From the human T2T-CHM13v2.0 reference genome, Homo sapiens, in the NCBI RefSeq assembly GCF_009914755.1, contig NC_060946.1: DNA of 64,000 nucleotides, one strand, 5' to 3'. The notes beneath the pieces were generated by a model. It did not search any database and was not told the DNA's origin. It saw only the letters and a program-made list of their open reading frames with translations. The position numbers and the translations under genes were made by a program. Below, piece after piece: positions 55,901 to 64,000 of the stretch (position 1 is its first letter; the number at the start of each line of letters is the position of its first letter).

Positions 55901-57279
55901 CACACATCACAAACAAGTATCACAGAATGCTTCTTTCTAGCTTGTAGGGGAAGATATTCCCTTTATCACCATGGGCCTCAAACCGTCCGAAACGTCCACT
56001 TCCATATACTTCAAAAAGAGCGTTTCAAACCTGCTCTATGAAAGGCAATGTTCAACTCTGTGACTTGAATGCAGACATCACAGAGCTGTTTATGAGAATG
56101 CTTCTGTCTAGATTTTATAGGATGATATTCCCGTTTCCAACGAAATCTTCACAGCTATCCAAATATCCACTTGCAGATTCTACAAAAAGAGTGTATCCAA
56201 ACTGCTCTGGCAAAAGGAAGGTTCTTCTCTGTTAAGTGAGTGCATACGTCATAAAGGAGTTTCTGAGAATGTTTCTGTCTAGTGGTTATGGGAAGATATT
56301 TGCTTTTTCACCGTAGGCCTCAGAGCGCTCCAAATATCCACTTGCACATACTACAAAAAGAGTGCCTCAAAGCTGCTCTCTGAAATGGAATGTTCAACTC
56401 TATGAGTTGAATGCAAACATCACAAAGACGTTTCTGAGAATGCTTCTGTCTAGATTTGATATGAAGATATTCCCGTTTCCAACGAAATCTTCAAATCTAT
56501 CCAAATGTCCACTTCTATAATCAACAAAAAGTGTTTTTCAGAACTGCTCTATCAAAAGAAAGATCCACCTCTGTTAGCTGAGTTCACACATCCAAACAAG
56601 TTTATGAGAATGCTTCTGTCTAGTTTTTATTTGAAGATATTTCCTTTCTCACCATAGACCTGAAAGCTGTCCTAATGTTCACTTCCAGATACTACAGAAA
56701 GAGTGTTTAAAAACTGCTGTACGAAAGGGAATGTTCAACTCTGTGACTTGAATGCACACATCACAAAGAAGTTTCTGAGGATGCTGCTGTCTACTTTTTA
56801 TACGTAATCCCGTTTCCAACGAAATCCTCCAAGCTATCCAAATATCCACTTGCAGATTCCACAGAAAGACTGTTTCAAAACTGCTCTGTCAATAGAAAGG
56901 TTCAACTCTGTTAGCTGCGTGCATATATCCCAAAGAAGATTCTGAGATTGCTTCTGTCTAGTTTTTATGGGAAGATATTTCCCTTTTCACCGTAGGTGTC
57001 AAGGCGCTCCAAATGTCCACTTCCAGATACTACAAAAAGAGTGTTTCAAACCTACTCTGTGAAAAGGAATATTCAACTCTGTGACTTTAATGCACATATC
57101 AAAAAGAAGTTTCTGAGAATGCTTCTGTCGAGATTTTATATGAAGATATTCCCGTTTCCAACGAAATCCTGAAATCTATCCAAATATCCCCTCGCAGATT
57201 CTACAAAAAGAGTGTTTCAAAACTGCTCTGTAAAAAGAAAGGTTCAACTCTGTTAGTTGAGTACACACATCACAAACAA
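40918..57279 (-). repeat. 2727-bp A/B HOR dimer (effective 16-mer), 6 tandem copies
   Basis: A 1364-bp A unit (CCTCAGAGC, CCCGAAGAAG, ATTCCTT, CTGTTCTGT) alternates strictly with a 1363-bp B unit (AAGTATCAC, TACTTCAAA, GAGCTGTTTATG, GGATGATAT, GTATCCAAAC, CTGGCAAAA, GTTAAGTG, GAAATGGA, CTTCTATAATC, 1-bp deletion, TAGGTGTC, GAAAAGGAAT, GACTTTAATG). ORF starts at 41363, 44090, 46817, 49544, 52271 and 54998 are exactly 2727 apart. Confidence 0.95.
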
Positions 57280-58643
57280 GTTTCACAGAATGCTTCTTTC
57301 TAGCTTGTAGGGGAAGATATTCCCTTTATCACCATGGGCCTCCAACCGTCCGAAACGTCCACTTCCATATACTACAAAAAGAGCGTTTCAAACCTGCTCT
57401 AGGAAAGGCAATGTTCAACTCTGTGACTTGAATGCAGACATCACAGAGCAGTTTCTGAGAATGCTTCTGTCTAGATTTTATAGGAAGATATTCCCGTTTC
57501 CAACGAAATCTTCACAGCTATCCAAATATCCACTTGCAGATTCTACAAAAAGAGTGTATCAAAACTGCTCTGTCAAAAGGAAGGTTCTTCTCTGTTAGGT
57601 GAGTGCATACGTCATAAAGGAGTTTCTGAGAATGTTTCTGTCTAGTGGTTATGGGAAGATATTTGCTTTTTCACCGTAGGCCTCAGAGCGCTCCAAATAT
57701 CCACTTGCACATACTACAAAAAGAGTGCCTCAAAGCTGCTCTTTGAAACGGAATGTTCAACTCTATGAGTTGAATGCAAACATCACAAAGACGTTTCTGA
57801 GAATGCTTCTGTCTAGATTTGATATGAAGATATTCCCGTTTCCAACGAAATCTTCAAATCTATCCAAATGTCCACTTGCAGATTCAACAAAAAGTGTTTT
57901 TCAGAACTGCTCTATCAAAAGAAAGATCCACATCTGTTAGCTGAGTTCACACATCACAAACAAGTTTATGAGAATGCTTCTGTCTAGTTTTTATTTGAAG
58001 ATATTTCCTTTCTCACCATAGACCTGAAAGCTGTCCTAATGTTCACTTCCAGATACTACAGAAAGAGTGTTTCAAAACTGCTGTATGAAAGGGAATGTTC
58101 AACTCTGTGACTTGAATGCACACATCACAAAGAAGTTTCTGAGGATGCTGCTGTCTACTTTTTATATGTAATCCCGTTTCCAACGAAATCCTCCAAGCTA
58201 TCCAAATATCCACTTGCAGATTCCACAGAAAGACTGTTTCAAAACTGCTCTGTCAATAGAAAGGTTCAACTCTGTTAGCTGCGTGCATATATCCCAAAGA
58301 AGATTCTGAGATTGCTTCTGTCTAGTTTTTATGGGAAGATATTTCCCTTTTCACCGTAGGCGTCAAGGCGCTCCAAATGTCCACTTCCAGATACTACAAA
58401 AAGAGTGTTTCAAACCTACTCTGTGAAAGGGAATATTCAACTCTGTGACTTGAATGCACATATCACAAAGAAGTTTCTGATAATGCTTCTGTCGAGATTT
58501 TATATGAAGATATTCCCGTTTCCAACGAAATCCTGAAATCTATCCAAATATCCCCTCGCAGATTCTACAAAAAGAGTGTTTCAAAACTGCTCTGTAAAAA
58601 GAAAGGTTCAACTCTGTTAGTTGAGTACACACATCACAAACAA

Positions 58644-61600
58644 GTTTCACAGAATGCTTCTTTCTAGCTTGTAGGGGAAGATATTCCCTTTATCACCATG
58701 GGCCTCCAACCGTCCGAAACGTCCACTTCCATATACTACAAAAAGAGCGTTTCAAACCTGCTCTAGGAAAGGCAATGTTCAACTCTGTGACTTGAATGCA
58801 GACATCACAGAGCAGTTTCTGAGAATGCTTCTGTCTAGATTTTATAGGAAGATATTCCCGTTTCCAACGAAATCTTCACAGCTATCCAAATATCCACTTG
58901 CAGATTCTACAAAAAGAGTGTATCAAAACTGCTCTGTCAAAAGGAAGGTTCTTCTCTGTTAGGTGAGTGCATACGTCATAAAGGAGTTTCTGAGAATGTT
59001 TCTGTCTAGTGGTTATGGGAAGATATTTGCTTTTTCACCGTAGGCCTCAGAGCGCTCCAAATATCCACTTGCACATACTACAAAAAGAGTGCCTCAGAGC
59101 TGCTCTCTGAAACGGAATGTTCAACTCTATGAGTTGAATGCAAACATCACAAAGACGTTTCTGAGAATGCTTCTGTCTAGATTTGATATGAAGATATTCC
59201 CGTTTCCAACGAAATCTTCAAATCTATCCAAATGTCCACTTGCAGATTCAACAAAAAGTGTTTTTCAGAACTGCTCTATCAAAAGAAAGATCCACCTCTG
59301 TTAGCTGAGTTCACACATCACAAACAAGTTTATGAGAATGCTTCTGTCTAGTTTTTATTTGAAGATATTTCCTTTCTCACCATAGACCTGAAAGCTGTCC
59401 TAATGTTCACTTCCAGATACTACAGAAAGAGTGTTTCAAAACTGCTGTACGAAAGGGAATGTTCAACTCTGTGACTTGAATGCACACATCACAAAGAAGT
59501 TTCTGAGGATGCTGCTGTCTACTTTTTATACGTAATCCCGTTTCCAACGAAATCCTCCAAGCTATCCAAATATCCACTTGCAGATTCCACAGAAAGACTG
59601 TTTCAAAACTGCTCTGTCAATAGAAAGGTTCAACTCTGTTAGCTGCGTGCATATATCCCGAAGAAGATTCTGAGATTCCTTCTGTCTAGTTTTTATGGGA
59701 AGATATTTCCCTTTTCACCGTAGGCGTCAAGGCGCTCCAAATGTCCACTTCCAGATACTACAAAAAGAGTGTTTCAAACCTACTCTGTGAAAGGGAATAT
59801 TCAACTCTGTGACTTGAATGCACATATCACAAAGAAGTTTCTGAGAATGCTTCTGTCGAGATTTTATATGAAGATATTCCCGTTTCCAACGAAATCCTGA
59901 AATCTATCCAAATATCCCCTCGCAGATTCTACAAAAAGAGTGTTTCAAAACTGTTCTGTAAAAAGAAAGGTTCAACTCTGTTAGTTGAGTACACACATCA
60001 CAAACAAGTATCACAGAATGCTTCTTTCTAGCTTGTAGGGGAAGATATTCCCTTTATCACCATGGGCCTCAAACCGTCCGAAACGTCCACTTCCATATAC
60101 TACAAAAAGAGCGTTTCAAACCTGCTCTATGAAAGGCAATGTTCAACTCTGTGACTTGAATGCAGACATCACAGAGCAGTTTCTGAGAATGCTTCTGTCT
60201 AGATTTTATAGGAAGATATTCCCGTTTCCAACGAAATCTTCACAGCTATCCAAATATCCACTTGCAGATTCTACAAAAAGAGTGTATCCAAACTGCTCTG
60301 GCAAAAGGAAGGTTCTTCTCTGTTAAGTGAGTGCATACGTCATAAAGGAGTTTCTGAGAATGTTTCTGTCTATTGGTTATGGGAAGATATTTGCTTTTTC
60401 ACCGTAGGCCTCAGAGCGCTCCAAATATCCACTTGCACATACTACAAAAAGAGTGCCTCAAAGCTGCTCTCTGAAATGGAATGTTCAACTCTATGAGTTG
60501 AATGCAAACATCACAAAGACGTTTCTGAGAATGCTTCTGTCTAGATTTGATATGAAGATATTCCCGTTTCCAACGAAATCTTCAAATCTATCCAAATGTC
60601 CACTTCTATAATCAACAAAAAGTGTTTTTCAGAACTGCTCTATCAAAAGAAAGATCCACCTCTGTTAGCTGAGTTCACACATCCAAACAAGTTTATGAGA
60701 ATGCTTCTGTCTAGTTTTTATTTGAAGATATTTCCTTTCTCACCATAGACCTGAAAGCTGTCCTAATGTTCACTTCCAGATACTACAGAAAGAGTGTTTA
60801 AAAACTGCTGTACGAAAGGGAATGTTCAACTCTGTGACTTGAATGCACACATCACAAAGAAGTTTCTGAGGATGCTGCTGTCTACTTTTTATACGTAATC
60901 CCGTTTCCAACGAAATCCTCCAAGCTATCCAAATATCCACTTGCAGATTCCACAGAAAGACTGTTTCAAAACTGCTCTGTCAATAGAAAGGTTCAACTCT
61001 GTTAGCTGCGTGCATATATCCCAAAGAAGATTCTGAGATTGCTTCTGTCTAGTTTTTATGGGAAGATATTTCCCTTTTCACCGTAGGTGTCAAGGCGCTC
61101 CAAATGTCCACTTCCAGATACTACAAAAAGAGTGTTTCAAACCTACTCTGTGAAAAGGAATATTCAACTCTGTGACTTTAATGCACATATCACAAAGAAG
61201 TTTCTGAGAATGCTTCTGTCGAGATTTTATATGAAGATATTCCCGTTTCCAACGAAATCCTGAAATCTATCCAAATATCCCCTCGCAGATTCTACAAAAA
61301 GAGTGTTTCAAAACTGCTCTGTAAAAAGAAAGGTTCAACTCTGTTAGTTGAGTACACACATCACAAACAAGTTTCACAGAATGCTTCTTTCTAGCTTGTA
61401 GGGGAAGATATTCCCTTTATCACCATGGGCCTCCAACCGTCCGAAACGTCCACTTCCATATACTACAAAAAGAGCGTTTCAAACCTGCTCTATGAAAGGC
61501 AATGTTCAACTCTGTGACTTGAATGCAGACATCACAGAGCAGTTTCTGAGAATGCTTCTGTCTAGATTTTATAGGAAGATATTCCCGTTTCCAACGAAAT

Positions 61601-64000
61601 CTTCACAGCTATCCAAATATCCACTTGCAGATTCTACAAAAAGAGTGTATCAAAACTGCTCTGTCAAAAGGAAGGTTCTTCTCTGTTAGGTGAGTGCATA
61701 CGTCATAAAGGAGTTTCTGAGAATGTTTCTGTCTAGTGGTTATGGGAAGATATTTGCTTTTTCACCGTAGGCCTCAGAGCGCTCCAAATATCCACTTGCA
61801 CATACTACAAAAAGAGTGCCTCAGAGCTGCTCTCTGAAACGGAATGTTCAACTCTATGAGTTGAATGCAAACATCACAAAGACGTTTCTGAGAATGCTTC
61901 TGTCTAGATTTGATATGAAGATATTCCCGTTTCCAACGAAATCTTCAAATCTATCCAAATGTCCACTTGCAGATTCAACAAAAAGTGTTTTTCAGAACTG
62001 CTCTATCAAAAGAAAGATCCACCTCTGTTAGCTGAGTTCACACATCACAAACAAGTTTATGAGAATGCTTCTGTCTAGTTTTTATTTGAAGATATTTCCT
62101 TTCTCACCATAGACCTGAAAGCTGTCCTAATGTTCACTTCCAGATACTACAGAAAGAGTGTTTCAAAACTGCTGTACGAAAGGGAATGTTCAACTCTGTG
62201 ACTTGAATGCACACATCACAAAGAAGTTTCTGAGGATGCTGCTGTCTACTTTTTATACGTAATCCCGTTTCCAACGAAATCCTCCAAGCTATCCAAATAT
62301 CCACTTGCAGATTCCACAGAAAGACTGTTTCAAAACTGCTCTGTCAATAGAAAGGTTCAACTCTGTTAGCTGCGTGCATATATCCCGAAGAAGATTCTGA
62401 GATTCCTTCTGTCTAGTTTTTATGGGAAGATATTTCCCTTTTCACCGTAGGCGTCAAGGCGCTCCAAATGTCCACTTCCAGATACTACAAAAAGAGTGTT
62501 TCAAACCTACTCTGTGAAAGGGAATATTCAACTCTGTGACTTGAATGCACATATCACAAAGAAGTTTCTGAGAATGCTTCTGTCGAGATTTTATATGAAG
62601 ATATTCCCGTTTCCAACGAAATCCTGAAATCTATCCAAATATCCCCTCGCAGATTCTACAAAAAGAGTGTTTCAAAACTGTTCTGTAAAAAGAAAGGTTC
62701 AACTCTGTTAGTTGAGTACACACATCACAAACAAGTATCACAGAATGCTTCTTTCTAGCTTGTAGGGGAAGATATTCCCTTTATCACCATGGGCCTCAAA
62801 CCGTCCGAAACGTCCACTTCCATATACTTCAAAAAGAGCGTTTCAAACCTGCTCTATGAAAGGCAATGTTCAACTCTGTGACTTGAATGCAGACATCACA
62901 GAGCTGTTTATGAGAATGCTTCTGTCTAGATTTTATAGGATGATATTCCCGTTTCCAACGAAATCTTCACAGCTATCCAAATATCCACTTGCAGATTCTA
63001 CAAAAAGAGTGTATCCAAACTGCTCTGGCAAAAGGAAGGTTCTTCTCTGTTAAGTGAGTGCATACGTCATAAAGGAGTTTCTGAGAATGTTTCTGTCTAG
63101 TGGTTATGGGAAGATATTTGCTTTTTCACCGTAGGCCTCAGAGCGCTCCAAATATCCACTTGCACATACTACAAAAAGAGTGCCTCAAAGCTGCTCTCTG
63201 AAATGGAATGTTCAACTCTATGAGTTGAATGCAAACATCACAAAGACGTTTCTGAGAATGCTTCTGTCTAGATTTGATATGAAGATATTCCCGTTTCCAA
63301 CGAAATCTTCAAATCTATCCAAATGTCCACTTCTATAATCAACAAAAAGTGTTTTTCAGAACTGCTCTATCAAAAGAAAGATCCACCTCTGTTAGCTGAG
63401 TTCACACATCCAAACAAGTTTATGAGAATGCTTCTGTCTAGTTTTTATTTGAAGATATTTCCTTTCTCACCATAGACCTGAAAGCTGTCCTAATGTTCAC
63501 TTCCAGATACTACAGAAAGAGTGTTTAAAAACTGCTGTACGAAAGGGAATGTTCAACTCTGTGACTTGAATGCACACATCACAAAGAAGTTTCTGAGGAT
63601 GCTGCTGTCTACTTTTTATACGTAATCCCGTTTCCAACGAAATCCTCCAAGCTATCCAAATATCCACTTGCAGATTCCACAGAAAGACTGTTTCAAAACT
63701 GCTCTGTCAATAGAAAGGTTCAACTCTGTTAGCTGCGTGCATATATCCCAAAGAAGATTCTGAGATTGCTTCTGTCTAGTTTTTATGGGAAGATATTTCC
63801 CTTTTCACCGTAGGTGTCAAGGCGCTCCAAATGTCCACTTCCAGATACTACAAAAAGAGTGTTTCAAACCTACTCTGTGAAAAGGAATATTCAACTCTGT
63901 GACTTTAATGCACATATCACAAAGAAGTTTCTGAGAATGCTTCTGTCGAGATTTTATATGAAGATATTCCCGTTTCCAACGAAATCCTGAAATCTATCCA
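58644..64000 (-). repeat. Resumption of the 2727-bp A/B dimer (about 2 copies, running off the window end)
   Basis: The same A and B markers appear in U44-U47. ORF starts at 59089 and 61816 are 2727 apart. Confidence 0.92.

Larger units (their letters stand above)
1..64000 (-). repeat. Centromeric alpha-satellite (alphoid) HOR array, 8-mer, 1364-bp period, about 47 copies, SF2-like
   Basis: Seen: GTTTCACAGAATGCTTC recurs at 1, 1365, 2729 and onward, and ORF-track starts recur every 1364 bp (1363 bp in units with a 1-bp deletion). An internal 171-bp period carries typical alphoid motifs (TTTCTGAGAATGCTTCTGTCTAG, TTCAACTCTGTGACTTGAATGC). Copies differ from each other by only about 0-1.5% by eye. 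The strand is given as minus because the conventional CENP-B box reads on the minus strand. Confidence 0.99.
1..64000 (-). repeat. Probable identity: human chr14/chr22 live centromeric array D14Z9/D22Z1 (S2C14/22H1L)
   Basis: The 8-mer of about 1.36 kb with a CENP-B box in every second monomer fits SF2 dimeric ancestry. Each HOR has one TaqI site (TCGA, 1213-1216) and two XbaI sites (TCTAGA, 191-196 and 533-538). The sequence resembles the chr14/22 shared HOR as I recall it. No search was run, other SF2 arrays with 8-mer units (chr18, chr20) are not formally excluded, and chr14 cannot be told from chr22 here. Confidence 0.8.

Noticed and set aside
47791-57102. Scattered singleton SNVs within the dimer block (47791, 48874, 57102)
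   Set aside because: These are isolated changes outside the boxes, expected as post-expansion mutations or consensus errors, with no pattern.
446-62031. Repeated 71-aa ORF (MPQSCSLKRNVQL...)
   Set aside because: It starts at GTG within the satellite, spans about 1.3 monomers, is interrupted by the CTATAA change in ten units, and has no promoter, splice or domain evidence. It is a chance open frame of alphoid DNA.
2850-63053. Repeated 65-aa ORF (MKGNVQLCDLNAD...)
   Set aside because: It exists only where a single SNV gives CTCTATG rather than CTCTAGG. Its similarity to the 71-aa ORF simply reflects monomer homology. It is useful only as a haplotype marker.
1-64000. CRISPR-like array (conserved 17-bp motif at regular spacing)
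   Set aside because: The intervening sequences are homologous tandem monomers, not unique spacers. The motif is the CENP-B box, and there are no cas genes.
1-64000. Transposon (L1/Alu) insertion, inversion or monomer-deletion HOR variants
   Set aside because: The phase is preserved throughout: all offsets are explained by 1364-bp units and the recurrent 1-bp deletion. No non-alphoid sequence, poly(A) tail or strand switch was seen.
1-64000. Possibility that the window is a simulated centromere reference model rather than real sequence
   Set aside because: SNV linkage across whole HORs and strict multi-kb A/B alternation would not be expected from a short-memory monomer-level model. This fits a long-read assembly better, although copy numbers still need read validation.

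Overview
The whole 64-kb window is one uninterrupted, single-orientation array of primate centromeric alpha-satellite DNA, almost certainly human. It holds about 47 copies (46 complete plus one partial) of a 1364-bp, 8-monomer higher-order repeat (HOR; 7 x 171 bp + 1 x 167 bp). CENP-B-box (B-type) and pJalpha-box (A-type) monomers alternate strictly. This is a suprachromosomal-family-2-like 'live' HOR, best matching from memory the chr14/chr22 8-mer array D14Z9/D22Z1. I see no genes, RNA genes, transposon insertions, inversions or monomer-number variants, and the listed ORFs are by-products of the repeat. I found no evidence for a previously undescribed gene system. The informative signal is the pattern of SNVs among HOR copies. 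The array is built from nested super-repeats: a 2-HOR unit at about 2.7-10.9 kb, a 3-HOR unit at about 17.8-27.4 kb, and a 2727-bp A/B dimer (an emerging 16-mer) from about 36.8 kb onward. It also contains chimeric units, an apparent gene-conversion tract, a clustered 4-of-6-bp substitution, a patch of private SNVs, and a locally amplified HOR variant with a broken CENP-B box. Units are numbered U1 (1-1364), U2 (1365-2728) and so on, with the phase set arbitrarily at window base 1. All variant calls were made by eye and need confirmation by alignment.
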